64,000 bases of DNA from Cystobasidiomycetes sp. EMM_F5 (Eukaryota), in assembly GCA_051047955.1 (NCBI GenBank), contig JBPGPT010000004.1:620001-684000 (forward strand), in the 5' to 3' direction. This document shows, in pieces, positions 13,556-26,585 of this stretch (positions are counted from its first letter, which is position 1; every line of letters starts with the position of its first letter). The translations under genes were made by a program, and so were the position numbers. The notes under the pieces are model-generated. The model was not told the DNA's origin. It made no database searches and saw nothing but the letters and a program-made list of their open reading frames with translations.

Positions 13556-13928
13556 GTATCGAGGAGTGGTGATGGAGCATCTGTCCGTTCAATGCCAAAG
13601 CCAAAGCCAATGAAGCCATGTCACAGGGAATTCTCCGCTTTTACGAGGCGAGGCCGTTCGTTTGCTGGCATTAGGCGTTAATGCGGACTAGCGCACCGAG
13701 TCTCAACGACGCCGTCTTTGTCATTTATCGTTGTTCTCGCAAATGCTTGCAATCCTGCTGTTGACGTATGCTGCTGAGTATGCCGTTGTCATCAGTGTGC
13801 ACGCGGTGCCTGACTGATCTCGGCGATAAAGCGGGCCAAGCTCAGACAGACAAACAGACAGCGCGCATCTAGCATCTCTTGCTTCTCTTCCATCAAGTAC
13901 AAGTTGAACACTTATCCTCCAACTAACC

Positions 13929-15156
13929 ATGTCCTCGCTCAAACTCGTCACCATCTTTGGCGCGACCGGTACGCTGCGACCGGCCGTCAGCCAACAAAAC
14001 TGAGTACCGTATATGAATATGCAGGCGGCCAAGGTGGATCCGTAGTCAAGTCGATACTCTCAGATCCGAAGTCTAAGGAGGTTTTCAAGCTGCGCGGCAT
14101 TACTCGAGGTCGATAGTATTATTGGCGTGATAAATGATGCTGCTAGATGCTGACGTTGTTTGCTCGGCAGACACGTCCAGACCAGCGGCAAAGAAGCTGG
14201 AAGAACAAGGTGTCGAGACTGTGGCTGCAGACATGGATGACGCCGATAGTCTGCGTAAGGCTCTTCAAGGGTCCTTTGCGGTTTTCGCAGTCACCAACTA
14301 GTACGTTCACAACTAGAGTATTGCGTTACCTCAACTAACCGCAATGAGTTTGCAGCTGGGAACACCTCGACCAAGACAAGGAGTTAAAGCAAGGCAAGAC
14401 CATCGTCGATATTTGCAAGGAAGTCGGCGTACAACACCTCATCTTTTCCGTTCTCAAGAATGTCACCGAGCTTACGAACGGAGAGTACAAGCACGTCTAT
14501 CACTTCGAGTAGGCTCCGTCACCATCGTCCTGTCTCGCAATGACTGATACACGTCATGATTTCAGCTCAAAAGCAAAGATTGCCGATTATATCAAGCAAT
14601 CAGGCGTTCCCTACACAAACTTTATGCCAGGCTTCTACATGTGAGTGACATCTACAGTTCATCGACACGAGTTCGCTGAATAGAGACTGATCACGACACC
14701 TCCAGGTCCAATCTGGTCCAGTCCATCAACCCAGGGCAGGACGGGAACTATGCATACTATGGCCCATACGCGGCAGATGGTCCCATCCCCCTCTTTGCTC
14801 ACGATTCAGACAGCGGCAAGTTTGTGAAAGCTATCCTCTTGAATCGCGAAAAAGTCTTGGGCAAGAATATTCTGGCTGCCACAGATTATTACACTCCAAA
14901 TCAGATCGCTCAGGACTTTGAAAAGGCCACTGGAAAGCCAGCAAAATTCATACAGATCCCTGAAGAGGCATTCAAGGGCGCACTCGCGAAGAATGGCATG
15001 CCAGAGTTTGTTCAAAACGAGCTCTACGAAAACATGATGTTTATGGCGCCGTACGGCTACTATGGCAAGGAGTCTCTAGACTTTTCTCACAGCATCCTCT
15101 CCGACAAGCTCACTACGTTTGTCGACTTTGCGAAAGCTCAGAAGGCGTGGCAGTAG
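13929..15156 (+). CDS. NmrA-like NAD(P)-binding protein, multi-exon
   Basis: MSSLKLVTIFGATGGQGGSVV...LRGITRD, VFAVTN, HVYHF.SKAKI, DSGKFVKAIL. Confidence 0.9.
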
Positions 15157-15477
15157 GGGTTTTCAAAGAGGGCAGGCTGCGATCGGCTAATCGTCTGCTA
15201 GACTATGCATGTGTATGAGCTAGTTTATCAGTGCTCTATGCAATCTCAGCCTTTCCATTGTCGTCTCCCCAAGTTTGCGTCATCCTGACTTTCCCCATGG
15301 GGTTGAGAGCGTACCTGAACCCCAACGACAGGGATGGGGGCGGAATCGGAAAATGTTTAAGTCGCAGCTCTTCTTGCTTCCACCAAGACCTCGACATCGA
15401 GCATACAACTGCGAATAAGCACGAACTCGTATCGCTTCGGCACCGTCGCTTTTCGAATAAACCCTGCTCACCGCCAA

Positions 15478-15489
15478 GGGACTCGAACC
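15478..15489 (-). promoter_or_regulatory. Pol III B-box consensus (GGTTCGAGTCCC) outside a tRNA
   Basis: Plus strand GGGACTCGAACC. The flanks do not form a tRNA T-stem or cloverleaf. Confidence 0.3.
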
Positions 15490-15784
15490 GGCCAGCCTCC
15501 TGGCTTGGACAGCCTTGGAGTCTCTCGCTCAAACAACACCAAAGCAGCTTTCCGACTGTTCAATCGCATCTCAGGACTCGTAGAGCTCCCTCGCACAAGC
15601 TCGCCTACCGCACACTCAGCGGGAGACTGGCAATCCAGCTATCCTGGGCAATTTCCAGACAGGGACACTCCGAGGCGTCAACAGCTCAGGTCTGGCGCAA
15701 ACACTGCACCACACACAGCGACACACCTACATAGCATAGTTCAATCAAGTACTGCCCTCTGCCCCTCCTTGCGACTCGCTCACA

Positions 15785-16465
15785 ATGGTTGCCAAGTCTA
15801 CCGAACGCGACTCCATCGCAGGAAACAGAACGAGCTTCGATTCCACGTTGAGCGATACAGCGAGTGATGTTTGCTCTTCAGACCTCGCCTACGCATCCTC
15901 TGCAGACTCACCTTCATCCCTCAACGAAGACTCCGATTCCGATATCATCGTCACGTGCTCGTCCTCGACCTCGTCAACAATGAGAGGCCATATGGGATCT
16001 GCGTCAGATCAATCATCCTTCATCGTCAACATCTGCCCTCCGTCACCTACACTATGCCCATCTATACTCATCCAAGACTCTTCACCACCACGTTGCGCCA
16101 TAAAAAGCTCACTGAGCAAAGTATCAAGCGGTCAATCCCCACCATCCAACACATCGCCTTCTCCTCCAAGACCAGGAAAGAAACGCGTGGCATTCGTCGC
16201 GGAGTTGGAGTCTAGTAAAGTAGACCATGGCACCAAGTCTAGCTCCAAGAGCAGCAAAATGTCAAACAGTACAGACGACGATGACGATCTATGGGCAAAG
16301 AGATTTGGAGCGAGCAGGTCGTTGGAGAGTTTGAGGAATCCTCAGTCGGGGCTCTTTACCCTCAATCTCAGTCAGGAAGAGCTCATGCGTTTACAACAAG
16401 GCGGCGAGACTTGCGATCTATCTGGCAGCCGAGGCGTGTCCACCATGTTCCGCCTGTGCGCATGA
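15785..16465 (+). CDS. Ser-rich low-complexity hypothetical protein (226 aa)
   Basis: Uninterrupted ATG ORF with KKRVAF (RVxF-like) motif; no recognised domain. Confidence 0.55.
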   Translation: MVAKSTERDSIAGNRTSFDSTLSDTASDVCSSDLAYASSADSPSSLNEDSDSDIIVTCSSSTSSTMRGHMGSASDQSSFIVNICPPSPTLCPSILIQDSSPPRCAIKSSLSKVSSGQSPPSNTSPSPPRPGKKRVAFVAELESSKVDHGTKSSSKSSKMSNSTDDDDDLWAKRFGASRSLESLRNPQSGLFTLNLSQEELMRLQQGGETCDLSGSRGVSTMFRLCA

Positions 16466-17193
16466 AAGATATCACAAGGTACTTACCACCGTCCTTCGAG
16501 GCATCTTACACGCAGTTGTGGCGATCTAAGGGCACCGACGGTACGAACAATAATGCTACTCGAACATTGGCAGTGCCTCACACAAGACAGCATAATACCG
16601 GAATCTATGGGTCGCATAGAACGAAATGTGTGTCATTCGAACCGTTGCAGCTGGACGCGACTTGAGGAGGTCGGATGACGATCAAGAAAACGCATTGGCA
16701 GATCAACTCGGAGAAGTCGATCCTCACAGTCTTTTATGGGTACAAACACGAGATATGTATTGCATGTTGTTTTCGCATGTAGAAAAGCATGTCGTTGTCG
16801 TAGATGCCAACAGATTGCTTTTCCATCTTCGAGCACTACAATACCAGTCTTCTGCACTTGCCCATCCGGCAGTCCTTGAGGATTAATCTACGTCCATCGC
16901 AGTGCATCAGTTCTTCGCAGCTCGTCAGTGCAAGTCAGCAGGACCCAACAGTCGTAATATCGCAGTCCTCGGTCGGGAACAGCTATATCGCTTCATCAGT
17001 CGACTGCAAACAGGTCAACCAGGCGTTGAGCCAGTCAATGCATGCAAGAACACTCCATTACGGGCAACACTCCGACATTACTTTAGAGATTAGGCTAGAA
17101 CAACGCCGAATCTGCAATCTACCATCTTGGCGGAGTCGTGACGCATCCAAAGACCGCTGATATACTGGCGGCATTCACGCATTCGCTGCTCTG

Positions 17194-18302
17194 ATGAAAG
17201 CGACGTATCGTATCGTCGTGCTTGGAGAGGGAGGTGTCGGGTACGTCTGGCCAATAATTTCGAGTCGCAGTGGCCGCTCGAGCTGTGTTTAAGCTGATTG
17301 AGACGCTATCTCCACACACAGCAAGACGGCCTTAACGATCCAAGTAAGTCCACCGTGTGTAAATTCTTGGACGGGCGCGGTCCTGGAATGGCAGTCCTTC
17401 TACAACGCGTCTTCCGCTAGCACGCGCAGACCTTGTACCTGCACACTGCGATAATGCAACGCATGTGCGAGGAACGCCCTGCGCAGGGAGACCAACTGAA
17501 CATTTCTATCGTCCATATTCCTGTGATGCGGAACACCTCGTAATCTCTTACGCTAATTCTGTCTCGTACTGCATAGCTATGCCTAAACCACTTTATCGAA
17601 AACTACGATCCAACAATTGAGGATTCATATCGCAAGCATGCACTCATTGACGATGAGCCATGTCTCATTGAGATACTTGATACCGCCGGTCAAGGTAAAT
17701 AGATGCGAATTTGTGGTCGGCAGCCGGCACTAGCCCTGACCTTTATCCCGTCGTCATTAGAGGAGTACACTGCGCTCCGTGATCAATGGATACGGTTAGT
17801 TGGCACACATGTTCAACGTTCGACGCACACGTGTCTAAAGAAGCTTTGATGTGCTGCACAGCGAAGGAGACGGATTCCTCATTGTCTACAGCATCACGCA
17901 ACGCGCTTCCTTTGAGCGTATCGACAAGTTCAAGACGCAAATCGTGCGAGTCAAGGATAGCGAGAGTATCCCCATCGTGCTCGTTGGCAACAAGATGGAC
18001 AAGGTCGCTGAGCGCGAGGTATCGCGGGAAGATGGGCAAGCCGTAGCAAGGCAGATGCAGTGTCATTTCACTGAAACGAGCGCGAAAACAAGACAAAATT
18101 TGGAAGAAGCCTACTTGTTAGTCAAGGTAACAGACTTTATTCGTGCGGGTCGTTAGTTGATGAACGTCTCTACAGCACCGTCATTCGACAAATACGAGCG
18201 GAAAGAGGCGATTTGCCAAGCGGAAATGGCGGACCTGGTCTGAACATTAGCGGACGGCGGCGAGGCACCCGTGATGGCCGCAGGCGATGCGTCATTCTGT
18301 GA
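17194..18302 (+). CDS. RAS2: Ras2-type small GTPase, multi-exon
   Basis: [43 protein letters not shown]...[19 protein letters not shown]...NKMD...ETSAK, C-terminal CAAX CVIL. LCLNHF is typical of fungal Ras2. Confidence 0.93.
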
Positions 18303-18909
18303 TTGGCAGTCAACATGCGCATCCATCTACATGCGAAACATTACGATTTTTCACGACTATTACGACTCCTTATGTTATTTATTTCTTTCGCTTGGCTGAG
18401 TGATCACGGCCATTAGGGGTACTGGCAGTATGAGGGCGGAATTCAAGTGACTTCAGGCTTTGGTCGAGGAATACAATCATGCTTGGAAATGCAGTCAAGT
18501 CATGCGTCTGGTAGAAGGGCAGTCTCGGAGTGGTTCAGTATCATGCAGTCACCGAATTGTCATTGTTGTTATATAGTTTTGGTAGAGCAAGTAAGCGAGG
18601 CGGTATGACGCCCTTGAGCGTAATGTCTGGCTGAGGATTTCGGTATCTTGCCACAGTCAAGAACAACGATGCGGTGAGCATGCAAGTCTCGCTATGATTC
18701 AATGTTACCGTTGCAATCCGCCAGGACCTGCCGGTCAATAGCCATCAAGGTGACCGCTTCGCTCAGACTGCCACATCCGCTGCATTGGAAGAGATGACCC
18801 GCTCAGTCGAGACTATCGGGCTGTTGCGTTTTGTGCGGCCTTACGCCTCTGTAGATTAAAGGCAAACTATCATCAACCAAGTGCATACGAGCTGCGTGAG
18901 ATGTTTCGA

Positions 18910-19925
18910 CTAACCTTCGAGCGGAGGCATATCGTCCTCCTTTGCTTTTCCCTTTCCTTTCCCACTTTCTTCGCTGTCGTCCAGAGCCGGCATGTCGTCG
19001 TCGCTGTCGTCATCACCGCCAGCTCCAGCGCCCATCTTGGAAAAGTCTGGCATACCGCCGGCACCTCCGCCCATCTGTTTCACTGTGAGACAGCTGTATC
19101 AGTATGTTGTCTGCCGGAGAGACTGTTCAAGCCGTACTCATAGCTTCGAAGTCCATGCCACCAGCACCACCCATGCCTCCCATGCCTCCCATACCTCCCA
19201 TACCGCCCATACCGCCCATGCCGCCCATACCGCCCATGTCGCCCATCTGCCGTTCAATCACAAAGTCAGAATCTGGGCGACTTTCATAGATCCGCTGATG
19301 AAACACTCACGTCCGGCATGCCAGTATCGACCTCAGGAGCACCATCCTGCTCATCTTCATCGACCCACTTGTCGAAGTCCGTCTTTACGAACTGCAGCTT
19401 TGTCTTGTTTTTGGTCAAACGGGGCCAGTACTCGGTCTTGAGCTCTTTTTTGGGTAAAGAGAGCAGCAGACTCTTGCCAGTCAGACTCTTGCGAATCTTG
19501 TCACCGAGCACTGCATCGAACAGCTCCAGATCGAGTTCGTAGTTTTTCGTCTTTTCAGTGTGTCCGGCCGATTCGTAGGATCTCGTCTTGCCTTTGAAGA
19601 CGAGACGCTTGCCTTCATCTGGGAATTCGAGCGTGTAGCCGTTATCGAGCTCGGCTGATGGATGCAATGATATTTTGGGTCAGGCACCGTCGTCAGTCAA
19701 TGTCCATGAAAATGCATCGTTTCGCCAGGGTGATGTCGCCTGGTCTGCACAATGCTGCAATGTCTGCTTGTTCACTTACGGACTTCGAGGGTGATGAGCA
19801 AAACGTTCTTGCTCTCGTCGCTGTCACTGTCGTATCCGCATCAGCTCTTCATTCCAACGCATTTCCGTCAGTCCGACTCCAACTTACGATGACCGCTGGG
19901 CCCAAAGGACTGGAGGATTCGACAT
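18910..19925 (-). CDS. wos2: Hsp90 co-chaperone p23 (Wos2/Sba1), multi-exon
   Basis: MSNPPVLWAQRSS, YWPRLTK, VKTDFDKWVDEDE, GGM-repeat acidic tail ending DDMPPLEG. Confidence 0.92.
19165..19248 (-). repeat. Coding GGM tandem repeat (9-nt units) in the p23 tail
   Basis: Repeated (c/g)cccat(a/g)cc-type units on the plus strand translate to GGMGGMGGM. Confidence 0.85.
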
Positions 19926-20268
19926 GGTGAGGCTGACTTTTCAGTGCTTGTATTGAGCAGAAGTTGCAAATATGGCAAGGAGTTTGAGGTTGGCAAAAGT
20001 AAAGCAAAGCAAAGATCTTGGAATCTCCTGGAACGTCACGGCGACGGAATCAGAGATGGCTTTGCGAACTGGATGCGTTACTACAAGACCGAGTACATTT
20101 ACAACGGAGATACTGAAGTCAATGAACCCAGCGCCCCAGTCCCAGGTTGACATGCGCTGCCCATTTGATGACCGCATAACACTGGCAGACTCACCGACGC
20201 TGATGTCGCTAATAAGTACATTATGCTAATGCTATTGACGAGGATATATTACAGCACTGACGCAGGTG

Positions 20269-22113
20269 CTACACGACTTCTGATTTACCACCTTTCAGCG
20301 CGACAATGTTCGAACGATCCCTAGATGACCAATCGAGACGCTTCTTGAGATACAGCGAGACCCACGTCAAAGCCAGCAGGACTGGTACTTCAACTAGACT
20401 AGAAAGTACGGAGCAATCAGCCATGGATACCCGCGAGCAAGGAAAATGTGCGCACGGGCCTACTGTAGCTGCTAGAGCTTGTCGTGACTGCACACCATAC
20501 AGCGCAATGGCAACGGCAATAGCGAGTTCTGGACGTTCACACACTGTCAGCCTTGCTCTCATGTGCTTTGTGTTCACACTCATCATACACCGCATGTACA
20601 GACTGCTTACCAAAATTATTGCTCCCGGCCGTAAAGCTTTGCACTACTGCGACTTCGTAGTCGAACAGCTGATTGTTTCGACGCGCGAGCACGTAAATGA
20701 AGAAGAAGGCACTCGTCCACATGAGTGCAAAATAGATGACCATCGGGACGATGGTACGGAAAAAGGGGCCAAGATTATGCACAATGTTGTTGCCTTGGTA
20801 GGCGAACAGCACGAATATGGTGTATAGCAGGCCAACCAGAGCCAACGGACCGAACGCTGGCAGGAAACGTGCTTCCAAGAATCGCTTGCCAGCGATAGCC
20901 CATACGGTGTATCGTGTAACAACACCCGCGACAAGAGGAATGCCGAGGTACTGAAACGAAACCACGTTAGTTGTGGACAATCAGTCACAGCGTTTACCCA
21001 CTATCAAAACATCAACAGCGACGGTACTGTATTCAAGGCTGAATGCGGTTTCGCGTGAAATGACGTTGACGAAGAAGACCGCCATCGGAGCGTACAGCAC
21101 GATTTGCAGTATGCTATTTATTATGACGATAATGGCGCAGTAGTTGTGTTCGCCTCCAGCCAATTGATTCCATATCATCACCTGCAACCGAAGGTGAGCT
21201 GGTCGTAAGCAGTGCACGACCAAGCTAATTTTTATGGGGAATTTGACATACCATCTGGGAATGCACGCATATAGTCCACGTGAGCTCGGTTGCAACTCAA
21301 TACCGTAGAGATTTGCAATACTTACAGCGATACATCTCGCAACTCCAACCAGTATCACGCCGATACGGTACTCGGGTTGGTCTGGCAAAGTCGCCCAGGC
21401 TAGCCCCAACATCACGAAGGGACCTGGTGCACCAGATAAGAACTAGATTCATGAGCGGAGATTGAGGCACTTACCAATGACCCAGTTCAGTACTAGGGAT
21501 ATACCGATATGTATCCAGATCTTGCGGGCGGAGAGGATTTCGGGCAGCCTCTCATACTGGACTTTGGTCAACACGGGCCACATCATGACTAGGAGGCCGA
21601 TAACAATAGCTGTATTACATGAAGCACGTGTTAGACAGTCGGATCTCACTACTAAGGTGTACTCACGAAAAGAAACTCCTTTCAACTGCACTTGGTTGAA
21701 TGCATTGGGTATTGCGTCCCCCGTCGTGGCGCCCACCGCACAGGCGACGATCCTATCAGCAATGAGTACGCATCGTTAGCAGTGGTCTGGGCAGCAGAGT
21801 AGACTTCGTGGGCATTACTCCGAACTGACATGTCAACGAGGATCAATGGAGCTAGGAGTCGGTCAAGTAGGCTCAGACTTGCGAACAGACCTTGGTGGAA
21901 TATGTAGCATTAGCAACCCCTTCATAGTTATGCTGGACGTAGGTACTCACGTTTCGATGTCACGCCTGGCTGGATGTCTGGCTTCTTCGAACGTGACGGC
22001 AGCCCATTGCTGCTATCTCCAGGACTATGGAGATCATCCTTACTGAAGTCAACTGCTTTGACCGCAAGTTCAGCAGCACCAGGATTGATATCGGAAGGAA
22101 GGATCGTTGCCAT
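20269..22113 (-). CDS. ACR3: ACR3 family arsenite efflux transporter, multi-exon
   Basis: LSLLDRLLAP, GLLVMMWPVLTKVQYE, NWVIGPFVM, GVARCIAMVMIWNQLAGG, AGSNNFELAIAVA, VGPLVEVPVL. Confidence 0.93.
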
Positions 22114-22208
22114 GTTGGTGCGGAACCAAGCAGAGCAAGGTGAAGATTGGAATTGCAGCTTCCCATTCCGCCACCAAAATGTCTCAGATTTGTACAAATG
22201 ACAAATAG

Positions 22209-24363
22209 CTAGCAGAAATTTTCAAGGATTGCAAAATCAGTCGCACAACGGTTGCAGATATAGCTATCTTTCTCTAAACATACAGCGTGCAGCTTGCAAA
22301 GCAGCATCGTCAAGCGGTGGCTCCGCGACTGCACTGTGATCCGCTTCCGCGCGAAGAATAGCGCACACGCCGTCAATGAATCGACTGTAGTCTTGGGCAA
22401 TGCCACAATCCACGAGTAAGAGGTCAACAGAGTCAGAGAAGGGCTGACCCTTTCTGAAGACTGTCTCTGGGGATGTCGACAGAAGTTTGCGGTGTGTGCA
22501 TTCAGAATACCGAAACTCGGAATCTGGCGTCCATCGCGCAGACTTTCGCTCGTGCGGACTGTTTCCGCTTCGCAGCCGAGTCATCCATATTGGCTTCTTC
22601 TCCTGTGATTGGGATGCGTCTACCTCAGGCCACACCCAGGCCTGTACGTCCTTCGGACATTTTCGCAAGAAACGAATTGGAAGCATACTATCTTCGGGCT
22701 GCATGCGGAGAAGTAAGCGTCAGACAGGGCACAGCGACCATGTGAGACTTACAAATCTCAGTAGGAACCAGTTGCGACTGTCGCGCTCGATCCATACGCT
22801 TTTCAGTCCTCGCTTCTGAGGCTTGACATGCTCGATTGTACCAATCTTGCCTTTCTTGAAGCCTCCGCACAATAAGGCTCCACAGCTACGCAACCTCTGC
22901 TCCAGCGGAGACTCGTCTGATTCAGCCCAGCCAGAGTATCTGCTACCCGAAACTGCTAGGCGTCGCGTTCTGCTCCAGGCGTGGAGCGATGGAGTGACTG
23001 ACAAGGCACAGCCGTTGCAGCTTATCTGTTTTTTGCGTTGGAGCATCAGCAAATAGTCTGGAAGGGGTTGAGAACTTTCATCGAGTATGACTCACAAAGC
23101 GATAGAACAAATCCCATCCTTCGTTAGAAAGGTCGCTGAACATGGACTCTTTCCACACAGTGCCGCCAAGAAGAGATATACTGCTACCGTTTCGCTCTTG
23201 TGTGACCGTCGTGGCTTCGCATATAGCGGAGTAGATCATCTTGACAGTGATCTTGCCTTCGTTATGCACATTGGAGTACGTCATAGCCCGCCATAGGCGA
23301 GCACAATCTTCGTCAGGCAGGACGTCGACTAAGCTGTTGACATCACTGGCACCACAGGCTCTAACTCGGACAAGAAGTCGTGGAGTACGGGATATGACTG
23401 TTCGGAAGATGTTCTCTATCGCGCACTTTGCTAATGCTGATTCTTCGATCCGATCGAAAAGGTTGCTGAAGTCGAGGTATTTTCGGAGACGCTGTCGGTC
23501 ACTGACAATTTCTGGCGCGCTTTGACAGCACATCGACGTGCATGATACTGATGAAGCAGTATCCTCATCTTCTAGGCTTTCTGAAAATGCACCTTCGCCG
23601 TCCGAACTCGTAACGGACGATGTTGACGATAGTCGACGAGGTGATGTATCCGGCTTTATCTCAGCCTGAATGGAAGACTTGTTGACAACAACCCCTGTCG
23701 GACTGCGAGCAGGGATTTCCAGGTCTGCCTCTTGAGTGCAGATTGGATCCTTGGCAACTGGTACGTTAAGCCAAGAAGCCTTCTCGTCTCGTACCAATAG
23801 CTGCAAGCGACTCCTTCAGTGCACCGCCAAAGTACTGCAAGACCACCCGACTGAGTACTTACGGCATATGCGCGATCGTCTATCGCTAGTAATGACTCCT
23901 CAAGCCATTTCTGCTGTGTAGCCAGATTCGAAATGAACGCTTGATGCGAGATATCGCCCCCTGAGTAGAACAGCGCGTGATGCTTTCTTCTGCTGTCGAT
24001 GGTTCTGAAGAGGGGATTAAGCACGGCTGACTGTTGGCCCCGCTACAATTCCACATCTACCTCGTCGTGAGAATCCATTTCCTCCGAAACTGACTTGCCC
24101 AACTTGCAAGGACGGACGCCGCATCGCATAGCATTATTTCAGCTTTATTCACCTTCGGAATGGGACAGGCTTCCAGCTCAAATGACACCCTCTGTGAGCG
24201 AGAGGAGGGAAGTCAGCCTATACCCCACCAGTAATCGCACGGAACATACCTTGTATGACTTCATAGACTTGGCTTGAGCTTCCTCATGCATCCGACACCA
24301 TTTGCTATCGCCTATCGTTGTGAGTCTGCAGCGGCAGTTCCGCTCAACAGCCAGACACTGCAT
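22209..24363 (-). CDS. Hypothetical protein with N-terminal C-x6-C..WC-x2-H motif, multi-exon
   Basis: Chain of same-strand ORFs (24363, 24024, 23806, 23052, 22704) separated by GT-AG introns; N-terminus MQCLAVERNCRCRLTTIGDSKWCRMH. Exact exon structure not resolved. Confidence 0.55.
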
Positions 24364-24676
24364 GATGAGGTATCGCTGTTGATGGTAGGTCAGACACTAC
24401 AGTGGATCTTTAGGTCACAAAAGCAATATGTGCGTTGTTGAAAGTTGACGCTTCTTCGCCTGCGAGTCCGTTAACTTTCAAACACCCGCAAGGTGTCATC
24501 ACCCTCAAGGTCACGCCACCCCCTTATCCCGCATTTTATGATACAGGCGTCAGGATAGGCATTTTACGATAGCATAATAGCGTCAGGGATCAGCTCTTTG
24601 TGTGAGAATTGATGGCAGAAATTCAGTTTGTGATTCCCGGCCTTTTCGGGATATGCCATCATGATCGCATTCAAGC

Positions 24677-26585
24677 CTAATCTTTGTACGACATCCATCC
24701 CACTTCTTCAAGCTTGTCTATCTTATCCATTACTTCTTGCTTGGCGTCGTTCTGGTATTTGAGTACGGCCGCTTGCAGGCTTGGGTTTGAAGCTGCCAAT
24801 ATACGCACTGCCAGTAGAGCAGCATTGGTCGAATTGTTGATAGCCACAGTAGCGACCGGTATGCCTCGCTGCATAATGATGCGTTAGCCGGTGCCCAGTG
24901 TTATCGGATGTGAGCGACTAGACCCACCGGCATCTGCACGATACTATGCAGCGAATCCACCCCATCTAACGTACTGCCTTTGACTGGCACGCCCACAACC
25001 GGAAGAGCGGTCAAAGCAGCCACCATGCCTGGAAGATGAGCTGCACCGCCGGCCCCAGCGATGATGACCCGTATACCACGCTCCGCCGCATCTTTTGCGT
25101 GTTCAAACATACGATCAGGTGTACGATGCGCAGAGACGATTGTCAATTCGTGAGGGATAGCAAATACAGGAAGTGATAAGATCTTGGACGCCGCGAGCAT
25201 GACTGGCAAGTCTGATGTAGAGCCCATTATAATGGACGCGAGAGGCTGGGGATGCGAAAAGCCACCTTGTCGCTGGGTGAGCGGCGGTAGAGGCGATGGA
25301 TAGTAGCTTTTAAACTGTGGAAGTGCCTCTATTAAGGGCCGCAAGTTGGTTTCGAGCTGAGCGTCCGTGTCGGCAACAAGTGTGATGTGGCCCATTTTGC
25401 GACCGGACCGACAGCCCTCCTTGCCATAGAGATGCACAGTAGCGCCAGGTATACTGAGGGATGTATCTACGACACGGTCCATCTCTGCTGTGCTGTCAGA
25501 TCCTCCGAGCAGATTCAGCATGGCTGTTGATTGCACTTTTAGCCCAGTTGAGCCCAGTGGCAGTCCTAGAACAGCGCGCAGGTGATTTTCGAATTGGGAC
25601 GTATGGCACGCTTCGATTGTGTGATGGCCGGAGTTGTGTGGTCTAGGTGCGATTTCGTTGATGAGTAGCAATCCTGGTGTACAGGATGACGATGTCAGTA
25701 TACTTTGTGAGCAGTATCGCGCAATCACTGACCATCCGACATCATGAACATTTCCACTCCAAATATACCTACTGCTCCTTCCCCAAATGTGTCGATGGCG
25801 GACTCTGCAAATTGCCGTGCTCTTTGAGCTGTTCCCCGCTTGCCTTTCCGCAAGGGAGCTCTGACGAGGTGACATATATTGTCGCGATGGACTGTCTCTA
25901 CGGGGTCATAACTTCGCGTCTCGCCGTTGGCTGAGCGCACGACCATGACTGCGATCTCTGCTTCAAACGGTGCGAATCGTTCTGCATATAATTTGCGAGA
26001 ACCTGCCCCCAGCGCTTCAATGGCTGTATCGATATCATTCTCGCTGCGTAAAAGATAGTTTCCGCGCCCGTCGTAGGCCTGAGTTCGCGATTTGAGCATG
26101 AGAGGGAGTCCGTAGGATTGTATCGCTTGCCGGGTGGATGCACCCGTATCTTCTCCAATGGCAACAAAATCAGCCACCGGTAGACCATGTTTTGCCAGGT
26201 GAAGCTTCTGATTATATTTATCCTGGATGCAGATGATTACCTCTGGCGACGGCCTCACTGCGATACCTCTTCCGCTGCGACCGCCTGTCGACGTGTTGTC
26301 AACTCGGATTGACTGCAGAGCTTTTGCGTCGACGTGCTCAATCTCGACCGTCAGCACATCCGACAACTCGGCGAGCTGCTGAATCTTGACGGGATCCGAG
26401 AAGCTGCCATCGAGGTGCGAGGCTGACGATATCTGCTTGGCTGGCGAGTTTGCTGCGGGATCCAGCGCCAGCACGGTGATGTTTAAACGAGAGGCAGCTT
26501 CGACGAGCATACGTCCAAGCTGCCCACCGCCGAGGCAGCCAACGACAGAGTCGCGCGAGTACGACGTGGAAGCAGCTGAGCTCAT
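24677..26585 (-). CDS. ADE2: Phosphoribosylaminoimidazole carboxylase (PurK-PurE fusion)
   Basis: [93 protein letters not shown]. Confidence 0.97.

Noticed and set aside
15440..15560. Possible tRNA gene around GGTTCGAGTCCC (minus strand)
   Set aside because: The T-stem does not pair (GCCGG vs CCCTT), and no A-box, acceptor stem or cloverleaf was found.
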